33,836 bases of DNA from a virus, in UHGV virus genome UHGV-0391018, one strand, 5' to 3'. Positions 1 through 9,251 of the stretch are shown one piece after another. The notes under the pieces were generated by a model. That model was not told the DNA's origin. It made no database searches and worked only from the letters and a program-made list of their open reading frames with translations. The position numbers and the translations under genes are program-made. Positions within the stretch are counted from its first letter, which is position 1, and every line of letters begins with the position of its first letter.

Positions 1-28
1 GAACAAACGTTCGTATAATATCGGTGAG

Positions 29-436
29 GTGAAGGTTATGATTTATGATGATGAGTCAGCAGAAAAGCTTTTTTTAGAGGCCAAAAGCGTTTATGAGGAT
101 AGGGGCATGTTGAAATGGTTGACAGGATTCTTTTTATCCGATCACACTGCAGCAATGCAAAAAGATGTTGCTGAACGATCACGAGTCAATGAACAAAAGC
201 CACAGATGTACTCTCACGAAATACAACACGTTCTAGAGCATGCTCGCTTAAAAAGACGCCCTGTCGCAATTCAGCTAGAACAGCTAGATATGGAAGGTAA
301 ATATTTAGATGATGTGGTAGGTATGATAAAAGGCTATGACGATTTAGGAATCTACATTGATGATCAAAAAGTAGATTACGATGAAATACGACATGTAGAG
401 TTGTACGACTGGCACAAATGGAGTGAGCTGAAATGA
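29..436 (+). CDS. YolD-like protein of the UmuD-analogous family. The likely true start is the ATG at 38.
   Basis: It has an N-terminal DRGMLKW motif and a C-terminal pattern ...AIQLEQLDMEGKYLDDVVGMIKGYDDLGIYIDDQ... typical of YolD-like proteins. An RBS GGTGAGGTGAAGG precedes the ATG at 38 and a TATAAT lies at 14-19. The upstream partner, a Y-family polymerase, would lie outside the window. Confidence 0.5.
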   Translation: MKVMIYDDESAEKLFLEAKSVYEDRGMLKWLTGFFLSDHTAAMQKDVAERSRVNEQKPQMYSHEIQHVLEHARLKRRPVAIQLEQLDMEGKYLDDVVGMIKGYDDLGIYIDDQKVDYDEIRHVELYDWHKWSELK

Positions 437-645
437 ACCCTATTTTGCTCTACGAACAAGGCTACATACCTTTTTCTACATTACAAGACTTATTGTGGGA
501 TTTCGGACCAAATAGCATTTTTGAGGTCGGAGAAAAATGTTTTGAGTTTTACTGTATGAAAGCAAACGCCTTTCACAATGACGATTTTTATATTCTTAGA
601 TATGGGAGTGGTTTAAATGATGAGCATGAGTGGTTTAGTGACTAG
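433..645 (+). CDS. Hypothetical small protein (70 aa).
   Basis: It has a GGAGTGAG RBS and an ATGA overlap with the upstream gene. No family was recognised. Confidence 0.35.
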   Translation: MNPILLYEQGYIPFSTLQDLLWDFGPNSIFEVGEKCFEFYCMKANAFHNDDFYILRYGSGLNDEHEWFSD

Positions 646-880
646 TATTAAAATATTAAAGCTTTCAGAACGCCCCCTTGTCTATTTTAAGCTGAATAAT
701 CAGTCATGTCTTATTGCCTCACACTCACTATCTTTTTTGGCAGATGTTGAGAACGGAATGCGAGTCGTAGTTGCTGGCGAGTACAATAGTAGGAAACAGT
801 TCGTGGTGAAGAAATATGCGGTGATTGGCAAGACTCGGATCATGATGGAAATTACTAACAACATCATAGGCAAATTTTAA
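617..880 (+). CDS. Hypothetical protein (87 aa).
   Basis: It has a GGGAGTGG RBS. No family was recognised. Confidence 0.35.
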   Translation: MMSMSGLVTSIKILKLSERPLVYFKLNNQSCLIASHSLSFLADVENGMRVVVAGEYNSRKQFVVKKYAVIGKTRIMMEITNNIIGKF

Positions 881-961
881 TCTCAATTAAACATCTGTTC
901 GCTTTAAAACTCCCGTTGACATAGTTATAATTTTTTTAATTAGAATTTTAAATGGGGTGAG

Positions 962-1873
962 TTGTTGGCTTCGTGGCAAGATATTTTATTAGAAATTCAA
1001 AACACGCAGTTTCCTAATCAAGAAGATCCATTAGATTTAACCATAAAAAAATACATTAATTTACTTGAGGATTATACAAAGCGCAATGTAATACTTTATT
1101 ACTCAGCTTTTAACGAAAAGCCTTACGCTCAAAATCTTTCTATTAATGATTCTGATATGGAAGGTTTTATGAATGCAGTACACTTGATGGATCGTTCAAA
1201 AGGACTTGATCTGATTTTGCATACACCAGGTGGGGATCCCCATGCAACAGAATCCATTGTGAAATATTTGCGTGCAATGTTCAAAAATGATATTAGAGTG
1301 ATCGTCCCCCATATGGCTATGTCCGCTGGTACAATGATAGCTTGTTCTGCAAAAGAAATCGTTATGGGTCATCAGTCTAGTCTAGGACCTATTGACCCTC
1401 AGTTTCCAGGCGGGATCCCAGCTTATAATGTTAAGTCAGAATTTGAAGAAGCAAAAGAGGATTTACAAAATAATCCCAACACAGCTCAATACTGGGCTAT
1501 CAAATTGCAACAATATCCTGCAGCATTCATGAAGTCGGCAATTGATGCAATTGAACTATCTAATATTTTGATCGAAGAATGGCTATCTACTAATATGTTT
1601 GACCCGTCTGAAAAAGAAAAAGTTGATCGAATTGTGAATTTTTTAAATGAACATGAAAATTCGAAAACACACAGCAGACACTTTGATATTGAAACATGCA
1701 AGAGGATCGGACTCAAAATATTGCAATTAGAAGATGATAATACATTACAAGATTATGTTCTATCGGTCCATCACTCTGCCATCATTGCATTGCAGTCTTC
1801 AGCGATAGAGAAAATGATTAGATCTGTTAGCAAAGCATTTGTATCCCTTTCTCCTGAAAATATGGTAAACTAA
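962..1873 (+). CDS. S49/SDH-family (ClpP/SppA-fold) serine peptidase.
   Basis: The motifs LILHTPGGDPHATE and VPHMAMSAGTMIA resemble the SppA/SDH signature, an xxSPGG oxyanion region followed by a nucleophile-Ser segment. It has a TTG start with a GGGGTGAG RBS and an upstream TTGACA. Confidence 0.55.
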   Translation: MLASWQDILLEIQNTQFPNQEDPLDLTIKKYINLLEDYTKRNVILYYSAFNEKPYAQNLSINDSDMEGFMNAVHLMDRSKGLDLILHTPGGDPHATESIVKYLRAMFKNDIRVIVPHMAMSAGTMIACSAKEIVMGHQSSLGPIDPQFPGGIPAYNVKSEFEEAKEDLQNNPNTAQYWAIKLQQYPAAFMKSAIDAIELSNILIEEWLSTNMFDPSEKEKVDRIVNFLNEHENSKTHSRHFDIETCKRIGLKILQLEDDNTLQDYVLSVHHSAIIALQSSAIEKMIRSVSKAFVSLSPENMVN

Positions 1874-1885
1874 CTATGAAAGAGG

Positions 1886-2074
1886 TTGATTATTATGAAG
1901 ACAATTACCACACAAGAAATCATGTCACTTTACAAAAAAGCTAATGCCAACCCCAATCAAAAGGCTGTGCGACAATCCATTAATATTGGTACTTTAGCCA
2001 ATACGCTAGCTAATCATTCAATTAATTCTCACGCTACGTTAAATAAAGGCGGAGCTTTATTCAGACAACGTTAA
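1886..2074 (+). CDS. Hypothetical small protein (62 aa).
   Basis: It has an AAAGAGG RBS 7 nt upstream of the ATG. Confidence 0.3.
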   Translation: MIIMKTITTQEIMSLYKKANANPNQKAVRQSINIGTLANTLANHSINSHATLNKGGALFRQR

Positions 2075-2122
2075 ATATTTAACTAATACCTTCTTTGAAA
2101 AAGAATATTTCTAGACTTACGT

Positions 2123-2152
2123 ACCTTCTCTAAAAGAGGAGGTATTTTTTAT
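2123..2152 (+). terminator. Intrinsic terminator ending the + strand block.
   Basis: ACCTTCTCT-aaa-AGAGGAGGT forms a 9-bp stem and is followed by ATTTTTTAT. Confidence 0.55.
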
Positions 2153-2223
2153 GTACCCCGCAGGCCTCGAACCCGCATCTTCCGATATGAACCGGAGTAT
2201 TCTACCAATTGAACTAAGGGTAC
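2152..2223 (-). tRNA. tRNA-like gene (72 nt) with a non-canonical anticodon arm. It may be a pseudo-tRNA or a recombination-junction hybrid. The anticodon loop region reads UUCAUAU (CAU).
   Basis: The reverse complement folds as follows. Acceptor: GTACCCT/GGGGTAC. D-arm: GTTC-AATTGGTA-GAAT. T-arm: GCGGG-TTCGAGG-CCTGC. Discriminator: A. The anticodon stem has only 3-4 pairs (TCCG/CGGA with an 8-nt loop, or a bulged A). There is no encoded CCA. A possible promoter TTGTAA..TAATAAT lies upstream on the minus strand. Confidence 0.4.
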
Positions 2224-2270
2224 TTTAAATGAGTATTATTATTTTTTAAACGTGTTACAATAAAGAAATA

Positions 2271-2324
2271 GAACGTCAGATCTTCCCCACAGTCCACTTC
2301 CCCAAGTAACTGTATCTGACGTTC
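2271..2324. repeat. Perfect 11-bp inverted repeat GAACGTCAGAT / ATCTGACGTTC flanking a 32-bp spacer that contains the direct repeat CTTCCCCA x2. It is a candidate prophage-end attachment site or regulatory site.
   Basis: It was seen directly in the sequence. It lies between the tRNA-like gene and the lysin terminator and is followed by CCTTTTTTTAT. Confidence 0.35.
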
Positions 2325-2416
2325 CCTTTTTTTATGGGCGAGTGACTTCCCAATAGAGTAGATGTTACCTAGAAACCGATTTCTTTGCAAATGATACACT
2401 CATGTTTCTAAGTTCC

Positions 2417-2450
2417 ACAAAAAAACAACCAGCTCGCACACGACTGGTTG
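2417..2450 (-). terminator. Intrinsic terminator downstream of the endolysin gene.
   Basis: CAACCAG-loop-CTGGTTG forms a 7-bp stem, followed on the minus strand by TTTTTTTG. Confidence 0.6.
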
Positions 2451-2544
2451 CTATCAAGATGAAACTTAGTTATGAAAGAAAAAGTAAGCTATGGTAACTT
2501 ACAATTTTACTATAACTCTTTAATCATTTAATTACAATCGTTTT

Positions 2545-3858
2545 TTAACATGTTAATTGTTGACCCAAGTAAATCAAATTTGGATTCGAAATACCATTTT
2601 TTTGAGCCAATGCCTGATATGTCGTACCGAGTTTAGCTGCAATATCTGATAGAGTTTCACCATAGTTTACAGTGTATATTCGACTAATTGACGCTGTTCC
2701 GCTAACCTTCAGTTGTTGACCAATATAAATGTAATTCGGATTAGCTAGTCCGTTTAGGCTCGCTAACGCTTGATATGTTGTCCCATACTTAGTAGCAATA
2801 CCTGATAGAGTCTCACCCGAACGAACAATATGTGTCGATGTAGTAGTGCTTGGCGTTTGAGTGGTCGTTTGCAAGATTTCAACATCCTTGCGATTGATCC
2901 AGCTCATGATGCCATCGAGCAATACTTTCGTTCCGCTTACTTCCTTAACGGTGTAACTATTGCCTTTGACCCATTGAGGGATCGCTTGGCCGGTTGACCA
3001 AGTAGAAGCAGAGAAGTTCACTTTAACTTTGAATCCAGCTTTGATGTCATTCTTAGGCGTTTCGTTCGCTTGCTGACCTTGATCAATCGCAGGCGTTTCA
3101 GTATCAGGCTTCACAGTAACTTTGCCGTCATCGTCTTTGATAGCTCCGTTATAGCCGTTATCTGTAATACCTGTCAAATCAATATTACCGTCCAAGCCAC
3201 CAGCGACATACGTAGATGTAAACTGATAGATTGCTACGCCTTCCATGCTCGGAAAAACACTCCAGACAGGTTTTGGCGTTACATTGTAATTCGGATAGGC
3301 AGCCATCCACAACGAGTTAGGGAACTCCGCTAGAATTTGCTGATAGTTCACATACTGAAGCGTGAATGGTTTATACGAATAATACATCGGAGTGTAACCG
3401 GCTTGTTTAATTCGCCGCATGCCATACAAAATGGTTTCTGTATTGGCTTGTTTGTTGCTTGAAGCACCATGTTCAAAGTCAAGCGCTACGATTGACCCTT
3501 TCGGCGTTTGAATCTTAGGCAAAAAGTAATCCATTGTTGTTTTTGCAATACTCATACTTCCCCACGTGTCATACCAAATATAGGTATGCGCTCGTTTGCC
3601 TTGTGCGATCGTCGATGCTACTTGACTAGAATAAGTCCACTGATTGTACAAACCACCAGCATTGTATCCACCGATTTGACTAATCGAAAATTTATCCGAG
3701 CCATACCCAAATTTCCCTTGTGCTCCTTGATATACAGCCCAGTCAACGCCTTGATCCCCTTTCGCCGCTTGTACTGTACTTGGAAAAATTGGCAACAAAA
3801 AAAGAGCTACAATAGCTCCTACAATAATTTTCTTTTTCATGTATTCTCTCCTATTCAT
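2545..3858 (-). CDS. Endolysin: N-terminal Sec-type signal peptide, a GH25-like muramidase domain, a Thr/Ser linker and two C-terminal LysM repeats.
   Basis: [28 protein letters not shown] is a signal peptide with an AxA-like cleavage site. There are two repeats of the form ...YTV/[28 protein letters not shown]...NPNxIYxGQQL. It sits immediately downstream of the holin. Confidence 0.8.
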   Translation of the reverse strand: MNRREYMKKKIIVGAIVALFLLPIFPSTVQAAKGDQGVDWAVYQGAQGKFGYGSDKFSISQIGGYNAGGLYNQWTYSSQVASTIAQGKRAHTYIWYDTWGSMSIAKTTMDYFLPKIQTPKGSIVALDFEHGASSNKQANTETILYGMRRIKQAGYTPMYYSYKPFTLQYVNYQQILAEFPNSLWMAAYPNYNVTPKPVWSVFPSMEGVAIYQFTSTYVAGGLDGNIDLTGITDNGYNGAIKDDDGKVTVKPDTETPAIDQGQQANETPKNDIKAGFKVKVNFSASTWSTGQAIPQWVKGNSYTVKEVSGTKVLLDGIMSWINRKDVEILQTTTQTPSTTTSTHIVRSGETLSGIATKYGTTYQALASLNGLANPNYIYIGQQLKVSGTASISRIYTVNYGETLSDIAAKLGTTYQALAQKNGISNPNLIYLGQQLTC

Positions 3859-4066
3859 CTGCTGAAAACATCTTGTATGTTCGATTTGATACCCCCAAAA
3901 CGGTTCCCAAAAAAGTGCCTAGCGCTGTGATAATGATTACCGTGATATCGGTGTACTTCCAATTAACCGCCTTTCCTACCACACCAACAAATGTCGCCAG
4001 CGCAGGAATGGCAATTGCGGCCACCCATTTCAAAATTTCAAACGTCTTATTTTGCATTATTCTCAC
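3851..4066 (-). CDS. Holin (71 aa, two TM segments; phi-LC3/small class II-like).
   Basis: It has two hydrophobic helices and a charged C-terminus. It overlaps the lysin start, and this position is conserved in lysis cassettes. Confidence 0.65.
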   Translation of the reverse strand: MRIMQNKTFEILKWVAAIAIPALATFVGVVGKAVNWKYTDITVIIITALGTFLGTVLGVSNRTYKMFSADE

Positions 4067-4419
4067 CCCCTCAAAAATTTAAGCAATTCCAGTACGAATG
4101 CAAATACAACGCCAGCACCACCACCAATTCCCAAGATTAGTTTCCATATGTTAGTCTTATCAATCATACGTAGTTCGTGCTTATGCTCCTCTTCTTCTTT
4201 GTTACGATTTAGGACCTCTCTCAAAATTTCAGCGTTTTGTTCCGATTGGCGCGTATTTTGTTCTCGCAAAAATCTATTTGATTCATCCACACGAGCAAGC
4301 CCTTCGTTCATTGATTTTTGCATTTCTATTGAAAGGTCATTTAAGCGACTGATTTCTTTGTCGTGTTGCTTAAGCTTATCTTCGTGCTGTTTTACCTGAG
4401 CTTCAAGTTCCATTCCCAC
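4063..4419 (-). CDS. xhlA: XhlA-family protein (coiled-coil N-terminus plus a C-terminal TM segment), a lysis-associated membrane protein.
   Basis: The N-terminal coiled coil EAQVKQHEDKLKQHDKEISRLN... is followed by the C-terminal TM stretch ILGIGGGAGVVFAFVLELLKFL. It has the position and architecture of PBSX XhlA upstream of the holin. Confidence 0.6.
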   Translation of the reverse strand: MGMELEAQVKQHEDKLKQHDKEISRLNDLSIEMQKSMNEGLARVDESNRFLREQNTRQSEQNAEILREVLNRNKEEEEHKHELRMIDKTNIWKLILGIGGGAGVVFAFVLELLKFLRG

Positions 4420-4440
4420 ATGACTTCCCCTTCCTCTCTC

Positions 4441-4470
4441 AATATAAAAAGCACACCCGAAAGTGTGCTT
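4441..4470 (-). terminator. Intrinsic terminator between the tail operon and the lysis cassette.
   Basis: AAGCACAC-CCGAAA-GTGTGCTT forms an 8-bp stem, followed on the minus strand by TTTTTATATTG. Confidence 0.55.
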
Positions 4471-4488
4471 AACTAAAAGTTTCTCTAT

Positions 4489-6294
4489 TTAAGGCGCTAA
4501 CATAATTGATCCACTAAATGCTAGATACTCATCTGCTTCCAATGCAGAGATTGTCCTAAAATTACCGCCATTAGAAGAAATTAAAAATCTTTTTGCGTAT
4601 GGAGCCTTATCAGATATCGCTAATATATTCCCAGCATTGTTTAGAGGTACTTTTCCTCCTAAATCAGGGACAAATAAATCTGTTAATGCAGCTTGTGCCG
4701 TCTTCACTGTGACTGTTCCATTCACAATTAATATCGGTCCACGTCTCATGAATGATATTTGCCCACTACGCATAAAAGCTGCTGAAAATACATTGCTGGT
4801 AGCAATTTCATTTTCACGGGCATCTAACACTTCTTTTACTCGTAAAGCTGACATAATCTTTGTATTTTCAACTCCAGCTAACGCTTCCTCACTTGATGCC
4901 ACGGCATTTCCGCCAGAACCTAGCGTCGAAATCACATCTGCTACACGTAAAGGAGTCATTATTTTATCATTTGATTTCCCGTCAAGTGCTTCTTCTTTTG
5001 TAGCAATATTTTCTCCATGATAGGCCGCTATCATGTATTCAAAATGTTCATTAGCAGATAGCTCAATAGTGACATCAAGACACAGATAATCAATATTCAC
5101 TGTTGAATAGTTTGGACTAATCGTGGGCTCACTGTTGCTTAAAACAGAGATTTTTCCGCCATTAATCAATTTCTTCCAGTTAGTATCGGTACTTTCTATA
5201 GTCTGACCAATTCTGGTAACTTCGTTTGCTGCGGTAGAATCACTAACCGTCCATGTTCCATTCCAATTACGATGAGTAAGTTTATTAATACCGCCACCAG
5301 AGCCATAACCGTAAACATTTGAAGTGAAATCAGTTATTAAACTTTCTAATACTTCTACTTTTTGAGAATCAGTAGTCGCTCCACGAATAGTAAAGAACTT
5401 CTCACCCAAAAGTGATTTAAAGAAACCAAGAATATCACAATCATATTTGAGTTGTTTCATATAATTAGCAGCGACATCTCTAGCAGAGTAAAGACTTCCG
5501 TCCAAAGAAGATAAGTTGTTCAATTGTTCTTCTGTCAATGGTGTCCAACTCACATTCGTTGGTGATAATAAAGTTGTGTAACCTACTGACGAAACCTTAA
5601 CAAACTCACTTTTTGCATCCAGTCTAAAAGTTATTTCAGCTTTTTCTTTCCCAATTACTTGGTAGATCACGTTTGCGGAACTTTCTTCTTTATTGAAACT
5701 CTCTTCTTTTGTCCAGAAGTTCCCGTTCTCAAAATCCGTTAAGTCTTGATCAATTTTATTGCGTAAATCATTTATTTGAACCTCCAGTTCAGAGATTCTC
5801 CCTTGAGCTTCAGTGAAGTTACGATTCATTTCGTCAATAGCTTGATTTTGAAGTTCATTTAATTCAGCTACTAGTTTATTGTATTCAGTGATTATCGTTT
5901 CTGCTTCTGGGGCATCAATATCAGCATTACCATCTACATAGATTTCAAAACCTGCTGTACTGTCTCGTTTGCCATCTTTAACGATAGAAAAATACGCTTG
6001 TTCATACTTCCCGGCAACAGCAAAAGCCATGTTAGGAAAAGTATAATCAAACGTACCTTTTTTCAACCCTTCAGGTGTACTACTTATGTTATTTGAGTCA
6101 AAAACTTTAGTTTGCCTATTATATGTTGTTCCTTCAAAGGTTATATCATAACCAGTAAGGTCAGCGACTTCATCTCTCCTAGTCAAATTAACAGTGACAG
6201 TTTGTAAACGATCATCGCCAACGCGTCCATAAACAATTGCAGGCATGATTGGATCTTTAGACAGGTCAAGATTAAGTATTTTATTACTCATCAA
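4489..6294 (-). CDS. Receptor-binding protein, tail fiber or upper baseplate protein (601 aa), with a central coiled coil.
   Basis: It is the last gene of the tail module, after Tal. It has a BppU-like N-terminus and a heptad-repeat segment (...ITEYNKLVAELNELQNQAIDEMNRNF...ISELEVQINDLRNKIDQ). Confidence 0.55.
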   Translation of the reverse strand: MMSNKILNLDLSKDPIMPAIVYGRVGDDRLQTVTVNLTRRDEVADLTGYDITFEGTTYNRQTKVFDSNNISSTPEGLKKGTFDYTFPNMAFAVAGKYEQAYFSIVKDGKRDSTAGFEIYVDGNADIDAPEAETIITEYNKLVAELNELQNQAIDEMNRNFTEAQGRISELEVQINDLRNKIDQDLTDFENGNFWTKEESFNKEESSANVIYQVIGKEKAEITFRLDAKSEFVKVSSVGYTTLLSPTNVSWTPLTEEQLNNLSSLDGSLYSARDVAANYMKQLKYDCDILGFFKSLLGEKFFTIRGATTDSQKVEVLESLITDFTSNVYGYGSGGGINKLTHRNWNGTWTVSDSTAANEVTRIGQTIESTDTNWKKLINGGKISVLSNSEPTISPNYSTVNIDYLCLDVTIELSANEHFEYMIAAYHGENIATKEEALDGKSNDKIMTPLRVADVISTLGSGGNAVASSEEALAGVENTKIMSALRVKEVLDARENEIATSNVFSAAFMRSGQISFMRRGPILIVNGTVTVKTAQAALTDLFVPDLGGKVPLNNAGNILAISDKAPYAKRFLISSNGGNFRTISALEADEYLAFSGSIMLAP

Positions 6295-8512
6295 AATCCC
6301 CCTTAGTCTTTAGGATGCGTTCGATCTTCGACAAACGCTCTTCTTGTTTTTCAATAATTTCAATTAATTGTTTATTCGTCATTGTGTTCAACATTATCTG
6401 CTTATTCATATCAAGCCTTAAATAATTGTCTTTCTCACTTTTAACGGCTAAAAATGGCGAAAATTGAGCAATTAACCCCAGTTCTCGCTTAGTATTTGGC
6501 TGTCTATTTGGATCATCACTCTGGTAATTTTGTTTTCGATTAAACTCAACAAAATTTAGCTTTTTGGTTTCCGCAATTGCATCTATAGTCGACTGTTCAA
6601 TATTTTCCTTAAGCCGGATATCCGAACTATTTAGAATAGAATATCCATGCATATCAATATTGGAGTGAAAATCAACTTTAGTATTTGGATTTATTCGCAT
6701 ACTTTGATCTATTAAAGAATCGATTATTCTACGCCTGTTCACATCCAAGTCTGCATAAAGAGTCATCGGTTGGTAAATCCCTACAAGCCCTTGTTGTCCA
6801 TCTATAACAACAGATGCCTCATGAGCAGAACCGTCCCAATGGCTTATCCATAACTCATGCCCTGGGTATGCAGAAATAGTAGCATTAATTTTCCCTGATT
6901 CATATTTAGTTCTATTAAACGATGCTGTAACATCACTATTACTCCCATAAAGCCTCAACCCGTTAACATCATATGAAGTGATTAGTTCATTATCAATATA
7001 GTTTTTTAAAGTTCCTGATCGTAATATTGTTTTCCATGTTCCCGATGTGGAGGTTATTTCTCCTCCATCGATAGTACTCCCTTTTATAGATACTCCGATA
7101 ATATTTATCGCTTGCAATGTTCCCGTTGTAATAAGATCCGCCACAATTGCTCCGTTATTCGTCATAGCTAGTCCATACGTGCCATTATAACCCGTAGAAC
7201 TAAAACCTAATCCCCCAGCATTCCAACGCCATATTTTCTTCGCAGTATTAATATCCATCGTGTCCATGATTAAGATTTCTTGTGGATCAGCTAAAGAAGG
7301 ATATATCACAACATGACCTTTCCCAGGATTTTTGATAATATCCGATGCCTCTTGTTGAGCTTTTTCTAACCAATCAACTTTGTCATTTATTTTTTCTACA
7401 TCCGGCTGAGCATCATTCAACACTTTAGAAAAATCAGTTCTAGCATCGCCTAACTCAACCGACTCATACTGATCGAGTGCAACGTTCCAGACTGTTTTAA
7501 CAATTTGTGCCGACGTATTGATTTCTAATTCATTGAAAGCTACTGTTACCCAATCACAGAGATCAATCGTTTCGAGGTTTTTAAGTTGGTCATCCATAAC
7601 AGAACTAGCAAGATCAACGTAGCTCGCTTTGATAGAAACTTTTGGAATCCCAACATTATTATTCTTGATATACGCTTTGATCAGATTTCTTAAGGTGTCT
7701 ACATCTTTTGGCTCTTTATCACTGAAATCAACCATTTGTATGCGTCTTTGCGTGTAGTTTTCCACGTATTCGCTATCTAAATAGGTTTCGGGTAACGTGA
7801 TTATTTTCTCGTCATCACCATTACCGACTTTCGCCCACCCGTAAACAGAGGTGTAGGTATTCTCTATTGATTCTTCTTGAGTAATATCTGTTAGATTTTT
7901 CCCGTAGGCAATAATTACATTTTTTTCTATCCCTGCTTGAGCCATGAGTCTTACTTGATTATTGTTGAAAACATATTCCCCTCCAAAATTATCAAGTATC
8001 GATCCTCGAACCCCGCCTAAAACTTCTTGAGCATTCTTAAATTTAGATGGGTCCGAAAAATCAATAGATGCTTTAGTAGCTACGTCACTAAAGAAAGTAA
8101 AATCTCCTTTGGGCTCCATTTGACTTTTAAGTTGGTTTAATGCTGTTTGAGCAGGAATATTCTCAGATAGCGGTCCAATTTTAAAAATTGATCTTAAAAG
8201 CTGGTATCTAAAGTGTTCACAGTATACCGTCACTATTCCATTAATCGGTTTGGTAATTTCTGCAATCTCAAGTCGTTGACTTTGCGCTTGTATAGTCGGA
8301 CCTGCATCAGCAACTACCCATCTTCCGACCTTCAACTCTTTGAACAATGGTGCATTAACAGGATATTTGAAAGTCAGCTCATACATCCCGTTTTTTTCTC
8401 TGGTAACTAAAGGATTGATCGCATCACTTAACGGTCCGATACCTAACGAGGACCAATTATTATTTTTTTTATCATGTAAAATAATTGTACTCATACGGCT
8501 AGGTTCCTCCAT
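6284..8512 (-). CDS. Tail-associated lysin / Tal (prophage tail endopeptidase family) with a C-terminal intramolecular-chaperone (peptidase S74-like) domain.
   Basis: It follows Dit. The C-terminal motif ...NSSDIRLKENIEQ... resembles the autocleaving chaperone domain of tailspikes and endosialidases. Its size is typical for siphovirus Tal. Confidence 0.7.
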   Translation of the reverse strand: MEEPSRMSTIILHDKKNNNWSSLGIGPLSDAINPLVTREKNGMYELTFKYPVNAPLFKELKVGRWVVADAGPTIQAQSQRLEIAEITKPINGIVTVYCEHFRYQLLRSIFKIGPLSENIPAQTALNQLKSQMEPKGDFTFFSDVATKASIDFSDPSKFKNAQEVLGGVRGSILDNFGGEYVFNNNQVRLMAQAGIEKNVIIAYGKNLTDITQEESIENTYTSVYGWAKVGNGDDEKIITLPETYLDSEYVENYTQRRIQMVDFSDKEPKDVDTLRNLIKAYIKNNNVGIPKVSIKASYVDLASSVMDDQLKNLETIDLCDWVTVAFNELEINTSAQIVKTVWNVALDQYESVELGDARTDFSKVLNDAQPDVEKINDKVDWLEKAQQEASDIIKNPGKGHVVIYPSLADPQEILIMDTMDINTAKKIWRWNAGGLGFSSTGYNGTYGLAMTNNGAIVADLITTGTLQAINIIGVSIKGSTIDGGEITSTSGTWKTILRSGTLKNYIDNELITSYDVNGLRLYGSNSDVTASFNRTKYESGKINATISAYPGHELWISHWDGSAHEASVVIDGQQGLVGIYQPMTLYADLDVNRRRIIDSLIDQSMRINPNTKVDFHSNIDMHGYSILNSSDIRLKENIEQSTIDAIAETKKLNFVEFNRKQNYQSDDPNRQPNTKRELGLIAQFSPFLAVKSEKDNYLRLDMNKQIMLNTMTNKQLIEIIEKQEERLSKIERILKTKGDFDE

Positions 8513-9237
8513 CTAGGCTTAATCTTGAACTGATTAATATTAGTAAACGAGATTTCATTTTTTCCTGGTTGCAAGATAATCGGATTGTAACCATCAGTAT
8601 TTAAGAAACAATACTTAGACACATTTACACCACCTGTCTTATAAGCAATACCATTTTCGCAATCCATTGTAATAATGCCGGTACCTGCTTCTTTTGCTAT
8701 CCGAAACAGCTGTCCGTTGATATAGACGTTGCTATCAGCAGTAGCGGTGGTTTTATTGAAAGATATGATAGGTAAACTCGTAAAAATTTCTGGATTTGTT
8801 ATCGACTGGCCGCTAAGAATCTCTCGTTCATCTTCACCGTCCATGCGAAATACAAACGGTTGGCACTTAAATGTAAAATCTATGTCTAACCAATCCCGTT
8901 TTAAGTCTTTTCCTGACGTTCCGCTATATCCCAAGACTTTGTAAAAGTACTCATTGTATTCACTGAATAATAGTGGGGTATATTTGCGAGATAAATAGAG
9001 CCACCCTGCTATATTTCTTAACTGGGCGGCGATAGTCTTATTTTGTGCTTTATATATCCTAACTGGAAATGTTTTTTCTACATCCTTATATTTCCCTCGG
9101 TCAAAAATTATATCTGAACTTCTGCCATCAACTTCTAAAAAATCTAACGATGTTTCTGGGATCACAAAGTCCATTTCATTTCTAATTCGCATTCTAAACT
9201 CGTTTGACCGTCTACCGCGAAATTGAAAATAAGGCAA
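8491..9237 (-). CDS. Distal tail protein (Dit).
   Basis: It is about 250 aa and sits immediately downstream of the TMP, the conserved siphovirus position. Confidence 0.6.
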   Translation of the reverse strand: MPYFQFRGRRSNEFRMRIRNEMDFVIPETSLDFLEVDGRSSDIIFDRGKYKDVEKTFPVRIYKAQNKTIAAQLRNIAGWLYLSRKYTPLLFSEYNEYFYKVLGYSGTSGKDLKRDWLDIDFTFKCQPFVFRMDGEDEREILSGQSITNPEIFTSLPIISFNKTTATADSNVYINGQLFRIAKEAGTGIITMDCENGIAYKTGGVNVSKYCFLNTDGYNPIILQPGKNEISFTNINQFKIKPRWRNLAV

Positions 9238-9251
9238 TTGAGTGAATTCTA

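Noticed and set aside
2214-2399. 61-aa minus-strand ORF covering the inverted repeat next to the tRNA
   Set aside because: It has no RBS and lies downstream of the lysin terminator. The sequence is better explained as an att or regulatory repeat.
4052-5020. Two + strand ORFs (115 aa and 127 aa) antisense to xhlA and the RBP
   Set aside because: They have no RBS or promoter and a Ser/Cys-rich low-complexity translation. They lie inside well-supported minus-strand genes.
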